DNA from: Eledone cirrhosa
Lineage: Eukaryota
Assembly: GCA_964016885.1 (NCBI GenBank)
Contig: OZ024740.1
Location: forward strand, 239,878,001-239,942,000
Direction: 5' to 3'
DNA length: 64,000 nt
Shown piece by piece: positions 37,000-49,030 of the stretch. A program made the translations under genes and the position numbers. Under the pieces are notes generated by a model. The model worked only from the letters and a program-made list of their open reading frames with translations. It was not told the origin of the DNA and made no database searches. Positions within the stretch are counted from its first letter, which is position 1. Every line of letters begins with the position of its first letter.

Positions 37000-39520
37000 T
37001 ACCATGCATAATCCCATACTTTCTCCTATTGTCATTCAATTCTGGTGTCAGAAGAACACGCTACATTTATGAGAGTACGACTTCTTTCCTTCTTCTCAAT
37101 TACAACAATATCTGGTCTGTGTTGTTCAATCTTCATCTCGGTCTGGATTGGAAAGTCCCATTGGAGCTTTATCTTATCGTTCTCTGGCACTCTCGTGTCA
37201 TTTGTGACACCATGTTCATAGTTTTTTTTACTGAACATGGAAATCCATATTTTTTACACCTTATCATGCCTGCCCTTTTTTATAATCATCTTGGGTTAAC
37301 TGTTTACACTCTGAAACGATATGGGAAACTCTCTCTACTTTCTCCCAACAAATTCTGCATTCAGCTTGAACATCTTTCTTGTTTATGTTTTGCATTGCCC
37401 ACCTTATGTCTTGATCTTGGACTGCTAATATAAGTCCTTCCCTTCTTTCTTAATGTAGCCTTTCCGTGACCATATCCAGGTATTTTTGTTATCACACATG
37501 TTTCTTATTTTCTTTAAGAAATGCTGAACGTAGGAGCTTTTCATACGCTTTTCATCAATCTCATTCTTTGTGTTTTCTGGGTCTCCATTTTTCTCAAATA
37601 TGCCTTGCCTGACAACCTCCAATATAAACATTTCTTTCTTATTTTTTGTATAGAAGCCCATACCACTTTCTTCTATTTTGACAGCATCTTGTACGCTCAG
37701 CAATCCCCTACCTCCCGCCTTTCTTTTCCTTTAGAGCCTGTCTGCATCACCTTGTGGGTGCCTACTTCAATAGATAGTGAACATTTTCCTTGTTTTCTTA
37801 TCAATTTCCTTCATTTCTACTTTTGTCCATTCTACTATACCTGCCCCATACCTAATTAGTGAAATAGTTCTGGTGTCTGCACAGTATTTCCACCATTCAA
37901 ACTGGACTTGACGATCATCCTCAATCTTCGAAAGTACTCTTTTCTGCTAATTACTTTCATTTTGGGGCTTTTTACTTTATGGTATTTGTAGCACACCTAG
38001 ATATTTATAAGCTTCGCCTGTTTCCACGGAGTTGATTATTTCACCGTTTGGTAGTTCGATTCCACCACACCTCAGAACCTTTCTACGCTTCACCTCTATC
38101 ATAGCTCACTTTGAAATGCCAAACTCCATCTTCGAAAATTACTCTGAGTGTTTGCATTAAGGTGTCTAGCTCTTCTACATTACGACTGTATAGTTTTAAA
38201 TCATCCATAAACAATAAATGATTGAAGTTACTCCTATCTTTCCCGAGACCTTAACCAACTGACATGCATTTAAGAACAACTGACAATGGTATAATTGCAA
38301 CAACAAACAGAATTGGTGATAAACTGTCTCCTTGGAAGATGCCCCGCTTTATTCTCACTTCACCTAATCTTTCTTCAGCTGATGTCAATTCTACTTTCTA
38401 TTTAGCCGTTGATTTTTCTATAAGGATCTTTGTGTTGTCTGATACCTTAAAAATATCTAAGAATCCAAGAATGCGGCCCCATGTAGTATGCCTTCTTGAA
38501 GTCAATCCAAGCAAAGGACAGATTCGTGAGCTTCTTTTTGTAGTTCTTCAGTACTATTTCATTAATCATCAGCTGGTCCTTCGTTCCTCTGCTATTATGC
38601 CTTCACCCATTCCGCTCACCAGGATGCAGATTCTCTCTCTCCGTGTGTGTATACATTTCTTCAGGTAATATTCCAGTTATGAGCTTCCACCTCAAAGGAA
38701 GACATGTAATTGGTCTGTAACTTTGTATCCATCCTGATATTTCTCCAGAACTTAAGGCTTTATCTAACTGTGTAGTTATTACTTCATGTAGGTTGCTGAT
38801 CCATTTACATGATCTGGTCCACTTGCTTTCCATTTTAGCATCTTTCGCAACTGGATTTTCACCATCTCTTTTGTTATTCTTGCTTGTGTGAACCTGTTAC
38901 TTGTTTCCCAACCTTCTTTATCCATTCTGCTCTATCATTGTGTTAAAAGACTTACTTCAAATGTTATTCCAAAAAGCAATACTTTCTGCATCTAGTCTTT
39001 CGTCATTGTTTCTTTCGATTCCTTCCAGTTTTTTCCAACAATCATTTTTGGTTGATTTGAAAGAGTCTATTCTGCATGTATTGGTTATATCTTTCTTCGT
39101 ATTTCTTTAGTTTTGCAGTCTTTGCTTTTTTTCATTGCTTCACCTCCGCCTTCACTGCATTAATTCCCTTATTCTTTACGTGATATTGTCTTTCCAGTAC
39201 TCCATTATTCCATTCATTCTGTAAACTTCCATTGTTTCATTCCTCTAATTTGCTTAGACCCTTCCTCAATTTTGTAACACTGTCCTAAATCCTTCTCTTC
39301 CACTATAACTGCCTGTTAGCCCCTTTTCATATTTTTTTTATTTCTCAACAAGCCAACTACATTTGCCCCAGCAAGTAATAAGGGGTTTGTATCAGTGTTT
39401 TCTGTTTGTATTGTGCTCATGACTCCGTAGACAAGCTTAGTTTTCTCAAGTTAATTACTTCAAGTTCACCTGTTTTCCAGTTTCGTCTTCATTTTTATGA
39501 TTGTTTCTTCATAACTAATT
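37000..39520 (-). mobile_element. Degenerate R4/Dong-type RT-RLE LINE
   Basis: Fragments YRPITCLP..WKLITG, RGIFQGDSLSP, NHLLFMDDLKL, and WDFPIQT...HRPDIVVIEK are collinear with the 1080-aa ORF. Confidence 0.85.
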
Positions 39521-39540
39521 TGTTGGTTCATAACTAATTT

Positions 39541-40185
39541 AGGCAGTGGATTGGCAGTATCGGTAGAGCGTCGGACAACATGCTTTGCAGCATAGAGGTA
39601 CGACCCTTTACAGTCTGAGTTCAAATCCCACCGAGGTTAGCTTTGCCTTTCATCCTTACGGGATCGATAAAATAAAGCACCAGTAACGTACTAGGGTGGA
39701 TTTAATGGACTTTTCCCTCCCACCAAATTACTGGCCTTGTGCCTATACTAGAAATCATTATTATTATTATTAAGGGCGGTGGGTTGGCAGTATCGGTAGA
39801 GGGTCGGACGCCATGTTTTGCAGCATAGAGTTACGGCCTTTTATGGTCTGAGTTCAAATCCCGCCGAGGCTAACTTTGCCTTTCATCCTTACGGGGTCGA
39901 TAAAATAAAGTACCAGTAATGCACTGGGATAATTGCTGGCCTTGTTCCAAAAGTAGAACTAATTATTATTAAGGGCGGTGGATTGGCAGTATCGGTAGAG
40001 GGTGAGACACTATGCTTTACAGCATAGAGTTATGGCTCTTTACGTTCTGGGTTCAAATCCCGCCGAGGTTAGGTTTGCCTTTCATCCCTACGGGGTCGAT
40101 AAAATAAAGCACCAGTAATACACTTTCCCCTCCCCTTCAAATTGCAGGCCTTGTGACTAAAGTAGAAACAATTATTATTATTAAT
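39541..40185 (+). mobile_element. Three tRNA-derived SINEs in head-to-tail tandem (39541-39771, 39772-39970, 39971-40185)
   Basis: Each begins GGC.GTGG.TTGGCAGTATCGGTAGAG; the second and third start right after the preceding (TAT)n tail. The copies differ internally. Confidence 0.9.
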
Positions 40186-40187
40186 AT

Positions 40188-40535
40188 TGACGCTCTGGGG
40201 GAGGTGCTGGGCGTCGACGAAATCGATCTGACCGGTATGTTACAGAGGACTTTCGAGCCGAGGGCTATGGATAACTTCCAGAAATCCTTCGCTTGGCATT
40301 GCTACCAGGAGGCAATGCCGGTTCGAGATAAACTCTATTGGCTCGGAAGTGCGATGAGACGGACCTGCCCGAAATGCAACGCAGAACAGTGAAGCCGTTC
40401 TGCACGCACTAGTCCGGTGTTTGTGCATTACTGACTTGTGGAGTTATGTCGAATAGCTTTTATTGCATGTGGGACGGATCCGGCTATCGAACGAGTCCAT
40501 AGTGAAAATCATCCCACCGCCGCCTTTTGGCGGAT
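40188..40535 (+). mobile_element. Internal Tx1 ORF2 fragment
   Basis: DALGEVLGVDE...RTFEP..MDNFQKS.AW.CY...VRDKLY...TCPKC is homologous to the other Tx1 ORF2 C-termini. Confidence 0.8.
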
Positions 40536-41204
40536 AGGAATAGGATAAAATTTAATAAATTCATTAGCTAATGTAGTTAGTACAGTTTTCCCTTGCATAT
40601 TTGTAGCTAGGTAACTACCAAACGAATGAATGACAATAAAACAATTGATGAATAGATATTCAAATGGAATCTAAACGATGTGTCGTTTAGTTAATTTATA
40701 TGGGTCTTGAATAGAGTAAATATTCTTGGATAGTTTCTACCGTTACATAGTCATATAAACACACAAAGCTACATAAATAGGACGCAACTCCATTTTACGA
40801 TATATAGTGTTGAAAAAGTGACTGGAGTTAAGTTTTATAGTTTGCTGCCAAATATTTCTAATTTATTATCTTATACAACTACAGGTATGCAGTTCTGACT
40901 AATGTTTCATCTACGTTTCATGTGCGCTTACATCATTTACACGATTTGACAGAACGTATTTCAAATGCCCACAGATAATTGATCTTTCCTGGCGTGGTTT
41001 GCCTGTTCAGTTGACCATTAATATTGCAGGTCAAGCGTAGAGCAGTTGATGTAAAGCTTTAGCTAATGCATTTTGATTATTGCTTTCTTCTCGGCCCTGG
41101 ATTATTATTATTATTATTATTGTTGTTATTCCTTGAATCTCAGTCATTGATGTTGGTTAACTGGAAAGTCCGTTGGAATGAATATCAAGCCACTACCTGC
41201 AGCC

Positions 41205-42521
41205 TCAGATATTCAGGACGTATCGGAGGGTTCTTGCTGTTCCAAGCAAGCATGCCTTTTGAAGCGTTCCAAAAAGCGTGAAGGGGCCGATTTTCTTTAA
41301 CCATCCCTGGAAACTTTTGGAGATAGTCCCCAGTGCGCCTATGACAATCGGGATCACTTTGACTTCATGGCAGTTCCAAATCCTTTTCACCTCCCACTTT
41401 AGGTCCTGGTATCGGTTAATTTTCTCCCTCTCCTTCTCTTGCACTCTCGTGTCGAACGGGCAGGCCACATCCAGAATCAGACACGATCTTTTTTCTTTGT
41501 CCACAACCACCAGGTCAGGTCTATTGTGTTCCAGTTTTTTGTCCGTCTGTATCCTAAAATCCCACAGCACCTTCACCGGATTGTTCTCCATCACCGCCTC
41601 CAGCCTATGCTCATACCATTTCTCAGAATGTGGTAAATTGTTTACTTTGCACAGGTGCCAGTGGATCACCCTGCCCATCACATCGTGTCTCCAGCCCTTA
41701 TAGTGGGTCTGGGCTAGGTGTTTACACTCGGACACAATGTGAGCCACAGTCTCCTCTCTCTCTCCACAGATCCTGCACAGTGGGCTAGCCTCCTCCTTGT
41801 AAATATGGTGCTTCAACCACTTCGTTTTGAGGGCCTGCTCCTGCGCAGCCATTATCATTCCTTCTGTAGCCTTTTTGAGGTCTCCTCTTCTCAACCAGTT
41901 CCATGTCTGTGGATCTCTAAATTCAGTTTTCTCAAAGAAGGTACTATGAAGGGATTTTCCCTTAAGGCTGCTCTTCCTCCTTGATGTTATTTCCTCCTTG
42001 GACATCCCCTGGCCTACTGTCCCCTCCTTCAGTACAGTTTTGAGCATTGGCTCCTTACTATAGGTCACGTATTTGTATAGGTTGTTTTTCTCCATCTGAA
42101 CACAGTCCTCTATGCTGATAAGACCTCTTCCACCCTCAGATCTCCTTAGGTAGAGTCTATCGACATCACTCCTCTTGTGGAACATGTTGTAGATAGTCAA
42201 TAGCTTCCTAGTCTTCCTATCCATTTCTTTTTGTTCAGCAACATTCCATCTCAGAATTCCCGCACTGTACCTAATAATAGACACAGCTCGGGAATTTACT
42301 GCGCTTATGGCATTTCTGCTGTTCAGATGTGACTTCAATACGCTCCTTACTCTCCGAATGTATTTAGTTCTTAACAATTCCTTCATTTTTTTGTTCTTTA
42401 TGCCATCAGCCTCCAGAACGCCCAAATACTTGTATCCTTCCTCAGAGTCAATTTCCTTTATCATCTCACCTGTTGGTATCTGGATCCCGCTACTTCTGCT
42501 CAACCTACCCCTCCTCATCAC
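41205..42521 (-). pseudogene. 5'-truncated copy of the R4 ORF (thumb, CCHC, RLE) with the intact C-terminus
   Basis: 438-aa open frame ending KWEVKRIWNCHEVKVIPIVIGALG...RYVLNI. Confidence 0.85.
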
Positions 42522-42531
42522 AATGACTCCA

Positions 42532-42562
<31 letters not shown>

Positions 42563-43974
42563 GTTATTGTTATTCCTTGAATCTCAGTCATTGATGTTGG
42601 TTAACTGGAAAGTCCGTTGGATTGAATATCAAGCCACTACCTGCAGCCTCAGATATTCAGGACGTATCGGAGGGTTCTTGCCGTTCCAAGCAAGCATGCC
42701 TTTTGAAGCGTTCCAAAAAGCGTGAAGGGGCCGATTTTCTTTAACCATCCCTGGAAACCTTTGGAGATAGTCCCCAGTGCGCCTATGACAATCGGGATCA
42801 CTTTGACTTCATGGCAGTTCCAAATCCTTTCACCTCCCACTTTAGGTCCTGGTATCGGTTAATTTTCTCCCTCTCCTTCTCTTGCACTCTCGTGTCGAAC
42901 GGGCAGGCCACATCCACAATCAGGCACGATCTTTTTTCTTTGTCCACAACCACCAGGTCAGGTCTATTGTGTTCCAGTTTTTTGTCCGTCTGTATCCTAA
43001 AATCCCACAGCACCTTCACCTGACTGTTCTCCATCACCGCCTCTGGCCTATGCTCATACCATTTCTCAGAATGTGGTAGATTGTTTACTTTGCACAGGTG
43101 CCAGTGGATCACCCTGCCCATCACATCGTGTCTCCAGCCCTTATAGTGGGTCTGGGCTAGGTGTTTACACTCGGACACAATGTGAGCCACAGTCTCCTCT
43201 CTCTCTCCACAGATCCTGCACAGTGGGCTAGCCTACTCCTTGTAGATATGGTGCTTCAACCACTTCGTTTTGAGGGCCTGCTCCTGCGCAGCCATTAGCA
43301 TTCCTTCTGTAGCCTTTTTGAGGCCTCCTCTTCTCAACCAGTTCCATGTCTGTGGATCTCTAAATTCAGTTTTCTCAAAGAAGGTACTATGAAGGGATTT
43401 TCCCTTAAGGCTGCTCTTCCTCCTTGATGTTATTTCCTCCTTGGATATCCCCTGGCCTACTGTCCCCTCCTTCAGTACAGCTCTGAGCATTGGCTCCTTA
43501 CTATAGGTCACGTATTTGTATAGGTTGTTTTTCACCATCTGAACACAGTCCTCTATGCTGATAAGACCTCTTCCACCCTCAGATCTCCTTAGGTAGAGTC
43601 TATCGACATCACTCCTCTTGTGGAACATGTTGTAGATAGTCAATAGCTTCCTAGTCTTCCTATCCATTTCTTTTTGTTCAGCAACATTCCATCTCAGAAT
43701 TCCCGCACTGTACCTAATAATAGACACAGCTCGGGAATTTACTGCGCTTATGGCATTTCTGCTGTTCAGATGTGACTTCAATACGCTCCTTACTCTCCGA
43801 ATGTATTCAGTTCTTAACAATTCCTTCATTTTTTTGTTCTTTATGCCATCAGCCTCCAGAACGCCCAAATACTTGTATCCTTCCTCAGAGTCAATTTCCT
43901 TTATCATCTCACCTGTTGGTATCTGGATCCCGTTACTTCTGCTCAACCTACCCCTCCTCATCACAATGACTCCA

Positions 43975-44005
<31 letters not shown>

Positions 44006-44240
44006 GTTATTGTTATTCCTTGAATCTCAGTCATTGATGTTGGTTAACTGGAAAGTCCGTTGGATTGAATATCAAGCCACTACCTGCAGCCTCAGATATT
44101 CAGGACGTATCGGAGGGTTCTTGCCGTTCCAAGCAAGCATGCCTTTTGAAGCGTTCCAAAAAGCGTGAAGGGGCCGATTTTCTTTAACCATCCCTGGAAA
44201 CTTTTGGAGATAGTCCCCAGTGCGCCTATGACAATCGGGA

Positions 44241-47200
44241 TCACTTTGACTTCATGGCAGTTCCAAATCCTTTCACCTCCCACTTTAGGTCCTGGTATCG
44301 GTTAATTTTCTCCCTCTCCTTCTCTTGCACTCTCGTGTCGAACGGGCAGGCCACATCCACAATCAGGCACGATCTTTTTTCTTTGTCCACAACCACCAGG
44401 TCAGGTCTATTGTGTTCCAGTTTTTTGTCCGTCTGTATCCTAAAATCCCACAGCACCTTCACCTGACTGTTCTCCATCACCGCCTCTGGCCTATGCTCAT
44501 ACCATTTCTCAGAATGTGGTAGATTGTTTACTTTGCACAGGTGCCAGTGGATCACCCTGCCCATCACATCGTGTCTCCAGCCCTTATAGTGGGTCTGGGC
44601 TAGGTGTTTACACTCGGACACAATGTGAGCCACAGTCTCCTCTCTCTCTCCACAGATCCTGCACAGTGGGCTAGCCTCCTCCTTGTAGATATGGTGCTTC
44701 AACCACTTCGTTTTGAGGGCCTGCTCCTGCGCAGCCATTAGCATTCCTTCTGTAGCCTTTTTGAGGTCTCCTCTTCTCAACCAGTTCCATGTCTGTGGAT
44801 CTCTAAATTCAGTTTTCTCAAAGAAGGTACTATGAAGGGATTTTCCCTTAAGGCTGCTCTTCCTCCTTGATGTTATTTCCTCCTTGGATATCCCCTGGCC
44901 TACTGTCCCCTCCTTCAGTACAGCTCTGAGCATTGGCTCCTTACTATAGGTCACGTATTTGTATAGGTTGTTTTTCACCATCTGAACACAGTCCTCTATG
45001 CTGATAAGACCTCTTCCACCCTCAGATCTCCTTAGGTAGAGTCTATCGACATCACTCCTCTTGTGGAACATGTTGTAGATAGTCAATAGCTTCCTAGTCT
45101 TCCTATCCATTTCTTTTTGTTCAGCAACATTCCATCTCAGAATTCCCGCACTGTACCTAATAATAGACACAGCTCGGGAATTTACTGCGCTTATGGCATT
45201 TCTGCTGTTCAGATGTGACTTCAATACGCTCCTTACTCTCCGAATGTATTCAGTTCTTAACAATTCCTTCATTTTTTTGTTCTTTATGCCATCAGCCTCC
45301 AGAACGCCCAAATACTTGTATCCTTCCTTAGAGTCAATTTCCTTTATCATCTCACCTGTTGGTATCTGGATCCCGTTACTTCTGCTCAACCTACCCCTCC
45401 TCATCACAATGACTCCACATTTACCAATACCAAACTGCATACATATATCACTGCTGAAAATACGGACAGTGTCAACAAGCACATCCAACTCCTTCTCACT
45501 TTTCCCGAAGAGCTTAAGATCGTCCATGAAGAGGAGGTGATTGATGGTAAGCTCTCCCCTTCCCAACTTGTATCCTGCTCTCACTTTTCGCAGCATAATG
45601 GTCAAGGGCATCAGGGCAAGGACAAACAACAGAGGGGACAGGCTATCTCCCTGGAAGATACCTCTCTTGATCTTCACGCTTCCCAAGGATACTCCAGTTG
45701 ATGTCAACTCTGTCTCCCAGGACCCCATACTCCTGCCCAGCAACTGTCTGATGTTATCTGCCACCCTGAAGATCTCCAGGCTTTTGGTGATCCAGGAGTG
45801 AGGCACCATGTCAAATGCCTTTCTGTAGTCTATCCATCCCATGGCAAGATCAGTGTGTCTCCTCCTGCAATTCCCCATTACCATCTTATCAATAAGCAAC
45901 TGGTCCTTTGTACCACGTGACTTCTTTCGGCATCCTTTCTGTTCGTCCGGCAACAAGTTGTTTGTGTGGAGGTGATGGTAGATTTCCTCAGACACAATGC
46001 TCGTCAACAGTTTCCACATTACGGGCAGACATGTGATAGGTCTATAGTTGGTAACATCATTACCCTTGATTCGGTCTTTCATTATCAGAACTGTGGTACC
46101 TTTTGTCAACCACTCTGGCACCTCACCCGACACCAAGCAGTCATTGAACATGGCCGTCAGCTTCGGGTGGAGGGATGTTAAATGTTTAATCCAATACCCC
46201 TGCACACCATCTGGGCCTGGTGATTTCCAGTTGGTTAGTTTTTTGGCTTGCCCCTTAAGAGTTTCAACTGTGATACTCAAATCAGTCTGTTGCTGTGCCT
46301 GCTCACCGATCTCCCTCTGTACTGTCTCAATCCACCCTGCCTGGGCATTGTGTCTAACATCCTGCTCCCATATTCCTCTCCAGAATGTTTTAGCTTGTTC
46401 CGCCCCAGGGATCAAGTCGTTGCCTCTTTCTTTCCCCTCAAGCTGTCCAAACAGCATCTTCTGGTTGTTGTCGAACATGCGGTTCTGTTTATACTGACTG
46501 ACTCTGTTCTCGTATCGCCTGATTTTGGCACTCTTTGCTACAATGCGTTGCTTCAATTCCTCTATGATAATATTTAGCTTTTTACTCCTAGTTTTGTATT
46601 TTATTTCCAGTCTATTTTTAGTGCCTATGTTTTTTAGTGTCCCATTCAGTAGTGACTCAAGCTTTCCTATGTCATTTCTCATTTCCTCGATTTGCCCACT
46701 CAGTCGCTTCTTCCACCACGGCTCTGCTCTTTCTTGTCTGTTGTTTCCTCTCGCTTTTATACCAAGTAGTTTCCTCACCGTATTTGCTGTTGCTTTGAGG
46801 ATATTGTTGCACTGGTGAAGACTCCTCGCCTCAAGGTATGGGATGACTTTGTTTACCTTAGCTGTTGTTTCTTTTAACTTTTTCCTGTCTACAAATCTTA
46901 GGTTCATAGGTCTCCCACTATCATTGTTCAACTCATCTACCACTAAATTTAGGATGTCAACCGAATCTTGTCCTAGCCCGTCAGCATTCATCTCCTCAGT
47001 GGCCGTATCTCTGTTCCAGGTATTATTTATCTCAGTATTCAGATCATTGTCTGCTTCGGGTGGTTCCTCCGTTCTCAGGACCTCCTCACCTTCATTTCCC
47101 GCCGGCTCGCTTGTCTGGCATACTACACCCGCCATCTCCAAGCCATTCTCTCTGCTCAGTTCCTCCAGTTCCAGCTCGCTTATCCACCCATTAGTTCTTA

Positions 47201-47483
47201 TTACCCGAGCCTGCCCGGCCAATTTTTGTTCATCTAATTTAAATAAACCAATCTCGTTCCAGATGTTATGCATCCGTCTCCTGTAGCCCCTCTCCTTGGG
47301 GTTACTTTTCAGGTAGCATTGCATAACAGTTCTATTCAATTCTTTCGTCCAGTTGGTTCTGGCCCCTTTCCTTCTTCTTCTTCCTCCAACATCAGCAGTA
47401 TTTGGTTGACAGTCAGGTTCCTGCTGCTGAGCCAGGGGGCACCTGTTGGGTGAGAGTCTGTCACATGACGTTCTAGTCTCCAT
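44241..47483 (-). CDS. R4/Dong-type polyprotein: N-terminal DNA-binding-like region, reverse transcriptase, CCHC knuckle and restriction-like endonuclease. A 1-nt frameshift near 44270 removes the native C-terminus, which would end at 44092
   Basis: 1080 aa with NWKSPGPDG, YRPITCL, IDYRKAFDMVPH, GIFQGDSLSP, LFMDDLK, YKYLG, CRICGEREETVAHIVSEC, and RPDLVVVDK...IVDVACP. Confidence 0.92.
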   Translation of the reverse strand: METRTSCDRLSPNRCPLAQQQEPDCQPNTADVGGRRRRKGARTNWTKELNRTVMQCYLKSNPKERGYRRRMHNIWNEIGLFKLDEQKLAGQARVIRTNGWISELELEELSRENGLEMAGVVCQTSEPAGNEGEEVLRTEEPPEADNDLNTEINNTWNRDTATEEMNADGLGQDSVDILNLVVDELNNDSGRPMNLRFVDRKKLKETTAKVNKVIPYLEARSLHQCNNILKATANTVRKLLGIKARGNNRQERAEPWWKKRLSGQIEEMRNDIGKLESLLNGTLKNIGTKNRLEIKYKTRSKKLNIIIEELKQRIVAKSAKIRRYENRVSQYKQNRMFDNNQKMLFGQLEGKERGNDLIPGAEQAKTFWRGIWEQDVRHNAQAGWIETVQREIGEQAQQQTDLSITVETLKGQAKKLTNWKSPGPDGVQGYWIKHLTSLHPKLTAMFNDCLVSGEVPEWLTKGTTVLIMKDRIKGNDVTNYRPITCLPVMWKLLTSIVSEEIYHHLHTNNLLPDEQKGCRKKSRGTKDQLLIDKMVMGNCRRRHTDLAMGWIDYRKAFDMVPHSWITKSLEIFRVADNIRQLLGRSMGSWETELTSTGVSLGSVKIKRGIFQGDSLSPLLFVLALMPLTIMLRKVRAGYKLGRGELTINHLLFMDDLKLFGKSEKELDVLVDTVRIFSSDICMQFGIGKCGVIVMRRGRLSRSNGIQIPTGEMIKEIDSKEGYKYLGVLEADGIKNKKMKELLRTEYIRRVRSVLKSHLNSRNAISAVNSRAVSIIRYSAGILRWNVAEQKEMDRKTRKLLTIYNMFHKRSDVDRLYLRRSEGGRGLISIEDCVQMVKNNLYKYVTYSKEPMLRAVLKEGTVGQGISKEEITSRRKSSLKGKSLHSTFFEKTEFRDPQTWNWLRRGDLKKATEGMLMAAQEQALKTKWLKHHIYKEEASPLCRICGEREETVAHIVSECKHLAQTHYKGWRHDVMGRVIHWHLCKVNNLPHSEKWYEHRPEAVMENSQVKVLWDFRIQTDKKLEHNRPDLVVVDKEKRSCLIVDVACPFDTRVQEKEREKINRYQDLKWEVKGFGTAMKSK

Positions 47484-48057
47484 TTCACCGTTATTCGAAC
47501 TGTTTATGTTCGATATTTAAACACTCTTATCGAGGATTGGCGAATGTATGTTTACATAGCCATCTGTGGATCCGCCATCCCACTTGGCCCTTGTGTGGCA
47601 TTATCACCACGCTGTATACGGACACACATAAACAAACAAACACACGGGCAGAAAGGGCCCCAAAAATGAATAAGCATAAGTTTCATTGTAATGTAGTATT
47701 CGAATGTCTGACTTAGTTTTTGTTTTTTAAGTTTTACTTTTTCCCCCCTCTTCTCTGTCCGTCCGCCTGCTTCTCTCTTCATTCTTATTTTCTTTACGTT
47801 TTTGGGGTGTCTTTTTTTGTTTTTGTTTTTCTCTGTTTGTTTTTCTCGTTTTTTGCTGTTGTTGCTGTGCTGCTTTTGTTGTTTGTTTTTTCTTTTTTCT
47901 TTTGAGTCTATCTATATATTTTGATGCCTTCCTCTTTGTTAGTAGTAGAAATTCTATAATGTGGAAGTGGCAGCCAGCAGAGACTGGCGGCGTTGGCGAT
48001 ACTGAGACAGTGGTGGTGGTGATGTCGATACGGAGGCAGTGGTGGCGGTGATGCGAC

Positions 48058-49030
48058 CGTATTACTGTAGTGATGGTGCTGTAGCGGTGGCAGCAGCAGT
48101 GAAGGAGTCAAGGGGTGGTGGCGGCGGTGATGGGATAGTGGTGGTAATGATGGCCGTAGTGAGCGGTGGCGGTGAAGGTGAAAATGCTGTTGTGTTTAGT
48201 GTACACAGATGATGGGGTGGGTGGTGTATCTAGTTTCTGGTGTTGGTGAGTTTCGCTGTCCTATATAGTGTAGCCAGAGGAGAGGAGGGGGGGGTTCTTC
48301 TTCTTCCATTTATAGCCATTTTATTTTTTTTTTTTTTGGATATACAGTGTACAATACAAAGTTGAATATTTGAATATTTGAGCCGTATTACTGTAGTGAT
48401 GGTGCTGTAGCGGTGGCAGCAGCAGTGAAGGAGTCAAGGGGTGGTGGCGGCGGTGATGGGATAGTGGTGGTAATGATGGCCGTAGTGAGCGGTGGCGGTG
48501 AAGGTGAAAATGCTGTTGTGTTTAGTGTACACAGATGATGGGGTGGGTGGTGTATCTAGTTTCTGGTGTTGGTGAGTTTCGCTGTCCTATATAGTGTAGC
48601 CAGAGGAGAGGAGGGGGGGGGTTCTTCTTCTTCCATTTATAGCCATTTTATTTTTTTTTTTGGGGGATATACAGTGTACAATACAAAGTTGAATATTTGA
48701 ATATTTGAGCCGTATTACTGTAGTGATGGTGCTGTAGCGGTGGCAGCAGCAGTGAAGGAGTCAAGGGGTGGTGGCGGCGGTGATGGGATAGTGGTGGTAA
48801 TGATGGCCGTAGTGAGCGGTGGCGGTGAAGGTGAAAATGCTGTTGTGTTTAGTGTACACAGATGATGGGGTGGGTGGTGTATCTAGTTTCTGGTGTTGGT
48901 GAGTTTAGCTGTCCTATATAGTGTAGCCAGAGGAGAGGAGGGGGGGGGGGGTTCTTCTTCTTCCATTTATAGCCATTTTTTTTGGATATACAGTGTACAA
49001 TACAAAGTTGAATATTTGAATATTTGAGCC
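48058..49030. repeat. Tandem triplication of a ~326-bp unit
   Basis: ATTACTGTAGTGATGG starts at 48061, 48387 and 48714. The units differ almost only in homopolymer lengths. Confidence 0.95.

Larger units (their letters stand above)
41100..47520 (-). mobile_element. R4/Dong-clade non-LTR retrotransposon with a triplicated 3' 1.44 kb and (TAA)n tails
   Basis: A full ORF plus two extra 3' units (41100-42533 and 42534-43976). Each unit ends in the same ~80-nt 3' UTR and (TAA)n. Confidence 0.92.

Noticed and set aside
47540-47665. GGCCCTT/AAGGGCC pairing upstream of the R4 ORF as an HDV ribozyme
   Set aside because: The L3 and P1.1 sequences do not fit, so it looks like an ordinary branched hairpin.
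39541-49030. CRISPR-like interpretation of the tandem SINEs or the 326-bp units
   Set aside because: There are no unique spacers between short repeats, the context is eukaryotic, and no cas genes are present.
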